DNA of 34,442 bases from a virus, in the UHGV virus genome UHGV-0123328. One strand, given 5' to 3'. The notes under the pieces are model-generated. The model was not told where the DNA came from, ran no database searches, and saw nothing but the letters and a program-made list of their open reading frames with translations. Position 1 is the stretch's first letter; each line of letters opens with the position of its first letter. Below, in pieces: positions 1 to 7,830 of the stretch. The translations under genes and the position numbers were made by a program.

Positions 1-1271
1 TGGACGCGCCGATTGGCTACATGGGTTCCTTCAAGAATCTGTGCGACAAGCGCGGCGATACCACCAGCTTCGATGAATACTGGAAGAAAGACTCCACCGC
101 CGAGCTGTACCACTTCATCGGTAAAGATATTGTTTACTTCCACAGCCTGTTCTGGCCTGCCATGCTGGAAGGCAGCAACTTCCGCAAGCCGTCCAACCTG
201 TTTGTTCATGGCTATGTGACGGTGAACGGCGCGAAGATGTCCAAGTCTCGCGGCACCTTTATTAAAGCCAGCACCTGGCTGAATCATTTTGACGCCGACA
301 GCCTGCGTTACTACTACACTGCGAAACTCTCTTCGCGCATTGATGATATCGATCTCAACCTGGAGGATTTCGTTCAGCGCGTGAATGCCGATATCGTGAA
401 CAAAGTGGTTAACCTGGCCTCCCGTAATGCAGGCTTTATCAACAAGCGTTTTGACGGCGTGCTGGCAAGCGAACTGGCTGACCCGCAACTGTACAAAACC
501 TTTACTGATGCCGCTGAAGTGATTGGCGAAGCATGGGAAAGCCGCGAATTTGGTAAAGCTATCCGTGAAATCATGGCATTGGCTGACCTGGCTAACCGCT
601 ATGTCGATGAACAGGCTCCGTGGGTGGTGGCGAAGCAGGAAGGACGCGATGCCGATCTGCAGGCGATTTGCTCTATGGGCATTAACCTGTTCCGCGTGCT
701 GATGACGTACCTGAAGCCGGTACTGCCGAAACTGACTGAACGTGCAGAAGCATTCCTGAATACAGAACTGACCTGGGATGGTATCCAGCAACCGCTGCTG
801 GGCCATAAAGTAAATCCGTTCAAGGCACTGTATAACCGCATCGATATGAAGCAGGTTGAAGCACTGGTGGAAGCATCCAAAGAAGAAGTGAAAGCCACAG
901 CCGCACCGGTAACTGGCCCACTGGCTGACGACCCGATTCAGGAAACTATCACCTTTGACGACTTCGCCAAAGTTGACCTGCGCGTGGCGCTGATTGAAAA
1001 CGCGGAGTTTGTTGAAGGTTCTGACAAACTGTTGCGCCTGACACTGGATCTCGGTGGTGAAAAGCGTAATGTCTTCTCAGGCATCCGTTCTGCTTATCCA
1101 GACCCACAGGCACTGATTGGTCGTCACACAATTATGGTGGCTAACCTGGCTCCGCGTAAGATGCGCTTCGGTATCTCTGAAGGCATGGTGATGGCTGCTG
1201 GCCCTGGCGGAAAAGATATCTTCCTGTTAAGCCCGGATGCTGGTGCTAAACCAGGCCACCAAGTTAAGTAA
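1..1271 (+). CDS. metG: Methionyl-tRNA synthetase, C-terminal portion (5' truncated by the window edge; reading frame begins at nt 3)
   Basis: Translation (…[19 protein letters not shown]…KMSKSRGTF…ending AKPGHQVK) matches the C-terminal region of enterobacterial MetG as I recall it, including the KMSKS class I synthetase motif and the C-terminal tRNA-binding domain. Uninterrupted ORF to the TAA at 1269-1271. Confidence 0.96.
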   Translation, partial: DAPIGYMGSFKNLCDKRGDTTSFDEYWKKDSTAELYHFIGKDIVYFHSLFWPAMLEGSNFRKPSNLFVHGYVTVNGAKMSKSRGTFIKASTWLNHFDADSLRYYYTAKLSSRIDDIDLNLEDFVQRVNADIVNKVVNLASRNAGFINKRFDGVLASELADPQLYKTFTDAAEVIGEAWESREFGKAIREIMALADLANRYVDEQAPWVVAKQEGRDADLQAICSMGINLFRVLMTYLKPVLPKLTERAEAFLNTELTWDGIQQPLLGHKVNPFKALYNRIDMKQVEALVEASKEEVKATAAPVTGPLADDPIQETITFDDFAKVDLRVALIENAEFVEGSDKLLRLTLDLGGEKRNVFSGIRSAYPDPQALIGRHTIMVANLAPRKMRFGISEGMVMAAGPGGKDIFLLSPDAGAKPGHQVK

Positions 1272-1291
1272 CTAAACAACCATTCTTCACA

Positions 1292-1318
1292 ATGCCCGGC
1301 AACACGCTGGGCATTTTC
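1292..1318 (+). terminator. Rho-independent terminator of metG
   Basis: Inverted repeat ATGCCCGGC-aacac-GCTGGGCAT followed by TTTTCAT, about 20 nt after the metG stop. Confidence 0.6.
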
Positions 1319-1432
1319 ATATAGACACAATCCCTCCTGATTTACACAAGCCCTAAAACAATTTGTTTTCTACCTTTTGTTGATTGAGATAATAAGCCAC
1401 ATAAGAAAATAAATTGTTTCGGAGTGGTTGAA

Positions 1433-1732
1433 ATGTTGAACATTACCCAAGCCTACCAGGTGGCATTGATCAGTTCATCTCATACATCAGAGGAAGATGC
1501 TCGCCGATTCATGATCGCAAGCAATGAGCTGGATTGGGTTTCGCAAATTGACGGCGGTTGTATTGTCCACGCCGGGTTACAGGATGATGTCTGGAAAGGC
1601 GACTTGCGTCGATATGGTATATCCGAAGGCGCAATTGCTAACATTCAGAAAGTACTTGATGTAGGCTTTGACTCTGTACATTTTGATTGTGGTGCGCCGA
1701 TCGTTGAAGGGCTTGAGTGCTGGTGTTGGTAG
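1433..1732 (+). CDS. Hypothetical protein (99 aa; ORF track starts at GTG 1424)
   Basis: ORF with GGAG 8 nt upstream of ATG 1433; preceded by two AAACA-N3-TGTTT-like palindromes (1356-1368, 1406-1420). No recognisable domain. Confidence 0.5.
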   Translation: MLNITQAYQVALISSSHTSEEDARRFMIASNELDWVSQIDGGCIVHAGLQDDVWKGDLRRYGISEGAIANIQKVLDVGFDSVHFDCGAPIVEGLECWCW

Positions 1733-1902
1733 AGTGTATAAGCGGATCAATGAGTTACGGAAACAGTTAATAATGAGGAGCTTGTAATAAGCTGTATACC
1801 CTAGAAAAGCTAGACTAGGGAATAAAATGACGTGAAACTGGGCGAGACAGTAAATAATTCCGAATGATAATTGAACAAATAACCCCTTGCTCGGAGCTTG
1901 GA

Positions 1903-3093
1903 ATGACTGATACCGCTTTTTCAAAATCGTTACAAAAAGAAGTCGATCCTGAGCAGTACTTGGCGCTAAAGAATTTAGATGACAGCTCGGTTCATGCTAT
2001 TGCCCGTGACGATATCATCTGCCCCATTTGCAAAGTTGGAGGTGGTTCGTTCGTTAGAGCCACTAGGAATGGTGGCTATCACAAGAAGGCGCATTTCAGA
2101 TTTACCGGTGAAGATGGTCAAGGCCATCATCCATCATGTGATTTCTATGGAGATAGACTAACATCTGAGGTGAAGCAGCACCTTGTCTCATTCACAAAAG
2201 ATCGAACAAAGTATTCGCAGGTAATACGAAAGCTGGTCTGTGCCGGCATACAGGAAGGGATATTTACTCAAGAAAAAATGTGGCAGATGAGGGAATGGTT
2301 CTTCAATAAGCGAAAGGATTCCACATTTGAAATATGGTTAGAAAGCGAGCATTTAGACTGGCTTTATTATATTAGTGGGTTACGTGATGCATATCTAGCA
2401 TGGACAACTCCTGATATTCTACCTTTCGCGCCCATTCAGGTTACTGTGCCTGGTTTTTCTTGGAAGCGTGCGATTGACAAAGAGGTGCTAAGAGTTCACA
2501 TCAAGACTCTCCAGCAATTGCGTGAAATTTCAGTCTCACATAGAGACATTGCTGTAATCTTAGAACACATAAACAATAATCGTGACCGCACAATTCTCGA
2601 TCCATCGCATTTGGAGGACGAGATAAGTAAGACCTATAAGCTTACTAGTTTTGTGATGGGCAATTACATTGAGTTTCAGACAAAAACGGTTAGCGACAGA
2701 GCATACGGGGAAGCTAAGTTTCTGGCATTTGCAGCACTTTTGTTGTTCGTGTCAGATTGGGACCTCAACATTGCTATTGGTAAGTTTTCTAAGATTGCCA
2801 GAGTGAAGGAGGTTGATGACATGCTGGCTGGTAATTTCATTGGTCTTAATCCTTACTTCCGATACGACCTGGCTAATGCAGTGAAGAGATTGCAGGATAA
2901 CTGGCCGATTGAATACCAAGAGTTGGAGCATTGGAATGTTGAGAAATCCATGCGTGACGCATATGAAAAGTGGCGTGCGACAGAGCCTGAATTCGCTCCA
3001 CCCCTATTGCCAGACTTGTATATTGCCAAACATGAGAAAGAAGTCGCACAAGACGAGCAAGTCAGGCAGTGGATTGAGAACGGGGATGTTTGA
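1903..3093 (+). CDS. Hypothetical protein with N-terminal Cys/His cluster (396 aa from ATG 1903; alternative ATG 1864 gives 409 aa)
   Basis: Long ORF in a roughly 42% GC region; GGAG 6 nt upstream of ATG 1903. N-terminal CPIC…H…HHPSC arrangement suggests a zinc-binding ribbon. No other motif recognised. Confidence 0.6.
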   Translation: MTDTAFSKSLQKEVDPEQYLALKNLDDSSVHAIARDDIICPICKVGGGSFVRATRNGGYHKKAHFRFTGEDGQGHHPSCDFYGDRLTSEVKQHLVSFTKDRTKYSQVIRKLVCAGIQEGIFTQEKMWQMREWFFNKRKDSTFEIWLESEHLDWLYYISGLRDAYLAWTTPDILPFAPIQVTVPGFSWKRAIDKEVLRVHIKTLQQLREISVSHRDIAVILEHINNNRDRTILDPSHLEDEISKTYKLTSFVMGNYIEFQTKTVSDRAYGEAKFLAFAALLLFVSDWDLNIAIGKFSKIARVKEVDDMLAGNFIGLNPYFRYDLANAVKRLQDNWPIEYQELEHWNVEKSMRDAYEKWRATEPEFAPPLLPDLYIAKHEKEVAQDEQVRQWIENGDV

Positions 3094-3229
3094 GTGTAAT
3101 TAGCTTAATCAATCAGTTGATAATGGCGGTCACAATTTGATTCTTTTCTATAAGAATCCGTTGATCGCCACTACTCTTCTTCCATACCTGCAATCATACC
3201 CTTAAATATCAATAGGTTACTGTTGTTTA

Positions 3230-3990
3230 AGCCAATAAGAAAACAACTAAATAACAGATCAACGAAACATCAACGCTTTCACCCGATTTGGTCTAAAAAA
3301 TTGACGTTTTCACACATCACTGCTTATACCCGTAATTCTACACAGCAGACAGCGCCACAGCGTCCAATTTTCACCACAGACGACCCAACACACTACCAAC
3401 AAAAACACACGCTCAAAATCGCTCCCGTTGCGTTACACAACCATATAAACAACTTATTTTCAGGTATAACAAAACAACTAAATAACACATATGCCATTCC
3501 CCATAACAACCAACCTCTTTATGGCAGGCTACCGAAAAGACCCACCTCTTCTTCTCAGGCTATCGGACAACCAACCTAACTTTCACAGGCAATCCGAAAA
3601 CATTCATACGCGCAATACCCACGACACGCCATTACCCAAACAGCGAAGAAACACCAGAATCACTGAAACCCCAACGAAGCCTGTAACCGCAAGGTTTCTC
3701 TCAATCCCAAAAGACACGAAACATAACAATCACGGGAAACGCCATTACCCAATACACGAATAACTACAAAAGCCCTTCACGCACTCCAGACAAACAACTC
3801 AAACACAATAACGAAAGCAATCGCCCACCTGCCATTACTCCATACACGGAGAAGAACAATCACCAAAACGACGAGAACACCCCATAGAAGAACCACCGCA
3901 AAACGAACGAAACCACATACACCGACAGAGAGAACAACACGCCCAATTCACCAACAGAAATAGTCGCCGTATAGAACGTTCTGGAAGGGG
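3230..3990 (+). other. A+C-rich, G-depleted non-coding tract with three copies of a GCCATTAC(C/T)C-N-ATACACG motif
   Basis: Extreme strand compositional skew visible by eye. Motif copies at about 3626-3641, 3738-3758 and 3829-3849. Only low-complexity ORFs on the plus strand and none of 60 aa or more on the minus strand. Confidence 0.6.
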
Positions 3991-4174
3991 GTGAGCATTA
4001 ACGCCTATAGAGAGGTTGAGACAGATAAAACACGAAGAAAACACAACATGTATAGCGAAGAAGCAAGGTATGTATAAGTGGGGAGGGAAGGAGGGGTGTC
4101 GCCTCCTTTTTCGTATTTATTCAACTCCTGATTTTATCCCCCGTAACACCCCTACGGTCAGCCTTCGGTCCATA

Positions 4175-4309
4175 CAGGGAAAAGGCTGCATCCCGCTACA
4201 GAAACGGCTGGGTTGCCTTCGGGGAACGGCTGGGGATTTTCAGGGAAACGGTCGAGTTGCCTGTGTGGATTTCGGGAAAAGGCTCGATGCCGGTTCAGGA
4301 ACGGCGGCG
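4175..4309 (+). repeat. Iteron-like direct repeat array 1 (six copies of C(A/G)GGRAAMRGC at 21-32 bp spacing)
   Basis: Copies start at 4175, 4199, 4220, 4241, 4273 and 4296: cagggaaaaggctg, cagaaacggctgg, cggggaacggctgg, cagggaaacggtcg, cgggaaaaggctcg, caggaacggcggcg. Confidence 0.7.
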
Positions 4310-4622
4310 TACCGGTATAGCGAGAGGGAGAGTTGCGGCTACCCACCTGTAATGTGCGGGAAGAAGAGAGGCGCTCACGTGCAGGCGAACTTACTTACCG
4401 CTGGATTCCCTCTGAATGCCCAGCTACAGCGTAATTGTGCCAGACAGCCAACGGGTCACAATCGATTTCAGTAGGTTTTCGGGGAGATGATTATTCTGCC
4501 CACCAGCCACCTTCGGCCACTAAATCAGAATAATGTAAAAAGTGTACTCGGTACTGAACCTGAAAACTCACTGCCAAAACCACATTCACCGGAATAAAAT
4601 CCTTTTTCGCCTGTGCGTTATT

Positions 4623-4660
4623 GCGATAATAACACCAACGAGAAAACAAGTTGTTTAAGG
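4623..4660 (+). promoter_or_regulatory. Conserved promoter/operator-like module, copy 1 (GCGATAAT…AGAAAACAAGTTGTTTAAGG; palindrome 4644-4656)
   Basis: Nearly identical to the copies at 6760-6796 and 7245-7284. Palindrome AAACA-agt-TGTTT ends 12 nt before ATG 4669. Confidence 0.6.
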
Positions 4661-4668
4661 ATTGCTTT

Positions 4669-4998
4669 ATGTTTGCAAATATCGACATCAACCAAATCAA
4701 GAAATTAACTCAAAAAGAGTTTGATCAGTTTTATGAGTTAGAAGGTTGGTCTTCCACTCTGATCAATTCGCGGTGGGTGCTTGAGCTGATGACTCGTGAT
4801 GACGCACCTGCTTTGATGATTTGCGACATGGGTGAAGATGCTGACTTTATGGATATGAGCGAATTTTGTGTGGACACATACAACCGCAGCCAGAAGTACT
4901 ACTTCACATGCGATAGCGAAAATGACGTGATTTCTAAGGTCTATCTTCACCTCGTCCAGCATTGGGACGTTCAGGAGTTTCTTGAAGTATTCGAGTAA
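4669..4998 (+). CDS. Hypothetical small protein (109 aa; ORF track starts at TTG 4651)
   Basis: ORF with AAGGA Shine-Dalgarno 8 nt upstream of ATG 4669; conserved upstream module; stem-loop 5008-5026 downstream. Confidence 0.6.
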   Translation: MFANIDINQIKKLTQKEFDQFYELEGWSSTLINSRWVLELMTRDDAPALMICDMGEDADFMDMSEFCVDTYNRSQKYYFTCDSENDVISKVYLHLVQHWDVQEFLEVFE

Positions 4999-5007
4999 CC
5001 CCAACCA

Positions 5008-5034
5008 AAGCCAGCATTGCTGGCTTAATTTCTC
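5008..5034 (+). terminator. Stem-loop / putative terminator (AAGCCAGC-att-GCTGGCTT followed by a T-rich run)
   Basis: 8-bp perfect stem and T-rich tail, 10 nt after the stop at 4998. Confidence 0.5.
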
Positions 5035-5151
5035 TATAGCCGCAGGGAAGAACCTGCATATCGCTCATGCACCTGATCAATATGCTTTGTAGCCGTTTTC
5101 TTACTGGTATTATTTACGCCATTGAGAAAACAAGTTGTTTACGGAGTTGTG

Positions 5152-5463
5152 ATGAAAAAATCATTGGTTCTTGGTCTGGACAAAGACCAGAAGAGAAAAG
5201 AGAAGCCTGCACTGGTTGCTCAATTAACTTTGCTAGACATCGTTGCCAATGGAACCTCTATTCGTCTGTTCCGTGAAACAGCGGTGTCTTTCGATAAAAA
5301 CACCTTTACTCGTTATGTAATGAATGTTCGTCGCCAGCGTGGAAAAGGCTGGATGGCATTTCAAAGAATGTGGCCGGAACATCAGCTCGAACTGGCTTTG
5401 ATGGAAGTTAACCGCGTGGCCCAGCAAGAAATTCAGAGAGCATCAGTGATGGCAATAGCCTGA
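5152..5463 (+). CDS. Hypothetical small basic protein (103 aa; ORF track start 5122)
   Basis: ACGGAG Shine-Dalgarno 5 nt upstream of ATG 5152; AAACA-agt-TGTTT palindrome at 5128-5140; terminator downstream. Confidence 0.6.
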   Translation: MKKSLVLGLDKDQKRKEKPALVAQLTLLDIVANGTSIRLFRETAVSFDKNTFTRYVMNVRRQRGKGWMAFQRMWPEHQLELALMEVNRVAQQEIQRASVMAIA

Positions 5464-5497
5464 TAATGTGCAAGTGGTAATTAGTCGACAGTACGAC

Positions 5498-5527
5498 AGC
5501 CCCGCCATCCTTACGGGGCTTTTTTGT
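5498..5527 (+). terminator. Rho-independent terminator
   Basis: AGCCCCG-ccatcctta-CGGGGCT followed by TTTTTTG. Confidence 0.7.
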
Positions 5528-5589
5528 ATTGTAAGTACATACTTACGATCATAGAATAGAAAAATAACCAATACACTACGGAGAGTGAA

Positions 5590-5985
5590 ATGACCGTTAA
5601 ACGCGAAAAACTGACAGTTGATGTTTACTATGCCTCTGAAACCGCCGAAGGTAAGAATGTGGCAAAAATCACCGTTGTTACGTACAACACCGAAACTGGT
5701 GCCGAAGTCCAGGCCAGTACGATCGTGCGTAAAGGTGATGCCTCCGGCGGCGAGTACGCGACTCAATACCAGTCTATTTTCGATGCAACTGACCCGCTGC
5801 TGCTGAAAATCGAGAACTACTTCCGCCAGGTTGATGAAGAGGTGTTTGAACCAATGATGAATATGGTTAACACCGTATTCGCCTCCAACCTGAATACCAA
5901 CACTACCTGGATTGGTCAGTACGGCCTGCGCATTACCTCTGGCATTCCTGCCGACACCTTAATCCCTGAAAGCGTATTCGCTTAA
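5590..5985 (+). CDS. Hypothetical protein (131 aa)
   Basis: ORF with GGAG Shine-Dalgarno; preceded by the GTAAGTA-ca-TACTTAC palindrome (5531-5546); hairpin plus T-run downstream (5994-6024). Confidence 0.6.
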   Translation: MTVKREKLTVDVYYASETAEGKNVAKITVVTYNTETGAEVQASTIVRKGDASGGEYATQYQSIFDATDPLLLKIENYFRQVDEEVFEPMMNMVNTVFASNLNTNTTWIGQYGLRITSGIPADTLIPESVFA

Positions 5986-5993
5986 TCCTCTTT

Positions 5994-6024
5994 AAATGGC
6001 GCGCAAACCGCGCCATTTTATTAT
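5994..6024 (+). terminator. Rho-independent terminator
   Basis: AAATGGCGCG-caaac-CGCGCCATTT followed by TATTAT. Confidence 0.65.
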
Positions 6025-6102
6025 GCCCGATAACAATTTGTTTTCTGCCTTATCTGATTTGTGAAAATGATTTCACTGAAGCAACTTAATAAGGAAACCA
6101 TC

Positions 6103-6477
6103 ATGGGACTTGATATCTATATCGAGACACAGCCTAAAAACGATCTGAATAACGAGGCATCCAGAAAGCAGGTTGCTTACTTCCGTAAGTTCAATGCGCT
6201 CGTTGGGTGGATGGAGCGCAACGTAGGTGAAGTCGAAAATTGTGAGCTTTTAGAATTAACGATGAATGACATTTGTTTTCTGAAGGCTCATTTGATGCAC
6301 ATAAACGAAAGTAATTGCGAAGAGTACTTGCCTACCCGGGAAGGTTTTTTCTTCGGCAGTCAGGAGTACGATGAAGGTTACTGGCATGATGTGGGGCAGT
6401 TGAAAGAGCTTGTGGAAGATCTGATTAAGAACCACGACTTTCACAATAACAGACTGACCTTCTGCGCCTGGTGGTAA
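6103..6477 (+). CDS. Hypothetical protein (124 aa from ATG 6103; ORF track starts at GTG 6061, alternative ATG 6067)
   Basis: Strong TAAGGAAACC Shine-Dalgarno before ATG 6103; AACA-att-TGTTT palindrome at 6031-6043 upstream. Confidence 0.55.
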   Translation: MGLDIYIETQPKNDLNNEASRKQVAYFRKFNALVGWMERNVGEVENCELLELTMNDICFLKAHLMHINESNCEEYLPTREGFFFGSQEYDEGYWHDVGQLKELVEDLIKNHDFHNNRLTFCAWW

Positions 6478-6479
6478 AT

Positions 6480-6623
6480 ATGGGCGATTTCAAGAAACGC
6501 CTGAAGGAAAGAGCCGAGATGGTCAGAAAGCAAAACGCCTCTTCTGTCATCAGATACGCAAGGCAGTTTAGTCGCAACAACAAATCAGTTGAGGAAAAGA
6601 TCCTTAGCGTAATCGGGCGATAA
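6480..6623 (+). CDS. Possible small basic protein (47 aa), translationally coupled to the preceding gene
   Basis: ATG 6480 lies 2 nt after the upstream stop; Lys/Arg-rich ORF ending immediately before stem-loop 6627-6654. Not in the ORF track because it is under 60 aa. Confidence 0.3.
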   Translation: MGDFKKRLKERAEMVRKQNASSVIRYARQFSRNNKSVEEKILSVIGR

Positions 6624-6626
6624 TTA

Positions 6627-6654
6627 TTAAGACCACCAGCATTGGTGGTCTTAA
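6627..6654 (+). terminator. Stem-loop TTAAGACCACCA-gcat-TGGTGGTCTTAA (putative terminator or RNA processing/stability element)
   Basis: 12-bp perfect stem. A covarying twin occurs at 7098-7125. Confidence 0.5.
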
Positions 6655-6759
6655 ATGACTTTTAATAACCGAAGGTTAGTTTGAAACCTGGCTATCAACT
6701 TCCAGAACCTTTCTTGTGTATTCAGCCTGTATTAACTTCTTTTATGCCTTATCTACACT

Positions 6760-6796
6760 GCGATAATTACACCAACAAGAAAACAACATGTTTACG
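6760..6796 (+). promoter_or_regulatory. Conserved promoter/operator-like module, copy 2 (palindrome AAACA-aca-TGTTT at 6781-6793)
   Basis: GCGATAATTACACCAACAAGAAAACAACATGTTTACG; near-identical to copies at 4623-4660 and 7245-7284. Confidence 0.6.
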
Positions 6797-6812
6797 CAGT
6801 GAGGATATGCTC

Positions 6813-7094
6813 ATGACTGATTTCACCATTACCCCTAAAGCACAAAATGTATTTCTTGAATCATGGCTGGACTTGCCGGAAACAGAACAGCAAGAAATGG
6901 ATCATGTGGATTATGACGAGCAGGTAAGCACGCGATTCTTCCACTTTGAGGGCTGCGTTTACGACATTGCCGACTTCATGCGAGATGACCGCTTCCCTGA
7001 ATGGCACGCCAGTTATCCACTAAACGCCTTCGCCATGCTGATGATCCGTGTGGGTGATTCAGGGGATACCATCGACATCGGTCTGCTCCACTAA
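6813..7094 (+). CDS. Hypothetical small acidic protein (93 aa; ORF track start 6681)
   Basis: GAGGA Shine-Dalgarno 7 nt upstream of ATG 6813; conserved module upstream; stem-loop downstream. Confidence 0.55.
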   Translation: MTDFTITPKAQNVFLESWLDLPETEQQEMDHVDYDEQVSTRFFHFEGCVYDIADFMRDDRFPEWHASYPLNAFAMLMIRVGDSGDTIDIGLLH

Positions 7095-7097
7095 AGA

Positions 7098-7125
7098 TTA
7101 AGGCCACCAATGCTGGTGGCCTTAA
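7098..7125 (+). terminator. Stem-loop TTAAGGCCACCA-atgc-TGGTGGCCTTAA
   Basis: 12-bp perfect stem, compensatory to the 6627-6654 copy (A:T pair replaced by G:C). Confidence 0.5.
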
Positions 7126-7244
7126 ATGACCATCCTGTTTCCCGCAGGCTAAAAACACCAACCTCTTACCTCCAGGCAACCGACAAACCCACCTGTTCCC
7201 GTCCGGCTACCGCAACTTTCCACTTTGACGCCTTATTCGTACAA

Positions 7245-7284
7245 CGATAATTAACGCCAACAAGAAAACAATTTGTTATTTACG
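7245..7284 (+). promoter_or_regulatory. Conserved promoter/operator-like module, copy 3 (palindrome 7266-7278)
   Basis: ACGATAATTAACGCCAACAAGAAAACAATTTGTTATTTACG upstream of ATG 7299. Confidence 0.6.
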
Positions 7285-7298
7285 ATAAGGAATTAATC

Positions 7299-7781
7299 AT
7301 GAATTTTATCGCTACTGTAAACGCACCCGCACATGGCAATATCGCTGTAACGTTCTCTGACATTGAAAAACGAGTACTTGGTGCCTGGCGTCACAATGAG
7401 ACGGTAGAACTGTCAGAACAAGAAAAATGCATTATTGCACGCGACATCATTGGCAATCGTCGTTACTCGCGGGTATTTGAGAAAGCATATGTGGTAAATT
7501 CTGGGTTCGGAACGTTCGTCTTTCCGGTGCGCTCAGGGCGATTCTGCCAGTCCAAGCTGATTGAGTTCGCTACGCAGATTTCTGTCTGGATTAAAACTCA
7601 ATCGTCGTTCAAATTTTCCGACGATGAAGCAGTATCGCAGGGGATGCGGATCGCCAACAATGCGATTAAATGCAAAAACATTACGTATACCGCTGGCGTT
7701 GATACATGGAAACTGTTTTGCGCTAACTTTATGCTGAATGTATACGCAAGCAACCGCATCCACATCCTTGATGGCGTGTAA
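7299..7781 (+). CDS. Hypothetical protein (160 aa)
   Basis: TAAGGA Shine-Dalgarno 7 nt upstream; conserved module upstream; terminator 7790-7813 downstream. Confidence 0.65.
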   Translation: MNFIATVNAPAHGNIAVTFSDIEKRVLGAWRHNETVELSEQEKCIIARDIIGNRRYSRVFEKAYVVNSGFGTFVFPVRSGRFCQSKLIEFATQISVWIKTQSSFKFSDDEAVSQGMRIANNAIKCKNITYTAGVDTWKLFCANFMLNVYASNRIHILDGV

Positions 7782-7789
7782 CTGAGAAG

Positions 7790-7813
7790 AGGGCCAGAAA
7801 CGGCCCTTTCTCT
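7790..7813 (+). terminator. Rho-independent terminator
   Basis: AGGGCC-agaaac-GGCCCT followed by TTCTCT. Confidence 0.6.
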
Positions 7814-7830
7814 ATAGCCACCAGCTGCCG

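Noticed and set aside
374-1330. Minus-strand ORFs inside metG (374-574, 599-898, 949-1131, 1124-1330)
   Set aside because: Antisense shadow ORFs within a highly conserved housekeeping gene.
1272-1432. Possible tRNA gene or att core at the metG / island junction
   Set aside because: No cloverleaf-compatible sequence or conserved tRNA motifs (such as a GTTC T-loop in a suitable context) were seen, and no matching direct repeat is visible within the window. The junction cannot be defined from this window alone.
3223-3763. ORFs 3223-3579 and 3491-3763 (118 and 90 aa) in the A+C-rich tract
   Set aside because: The translations are low-complexity (Gln/Asn/Thr/Pro/His-rich) exactly as expected from A+C-rich DNA, have no ribosome-binding sites and overlap each other. 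Most likely compositional artefacts.
4175-4309. Possible CRISPR array (regularly spaced short repeats)
   Set aside because: The repeats are only about 13 nt, imperfect and spaced about 21-32 bp with no unique spacers of CRISPR length, and no cas genes are nearby. They look like iterons.
4016-4474. ORF of 152 aa on the plus strand, with antisense ORFs 3835-4044 and 4158-4346
   Set aside because: They span the iteron array and purine-rich G-run region. The reading frame is held open by repeat composition rather than coding constraint, and there is no Shine-Dalgarno.
4491-4700. Minus-strand ORF (69 aa) overlapping the first conserved promoter/operator module
   Set aside because: It is antisense to the regulatory module and the start of the 4669 gene, with no ribosome-binding site.
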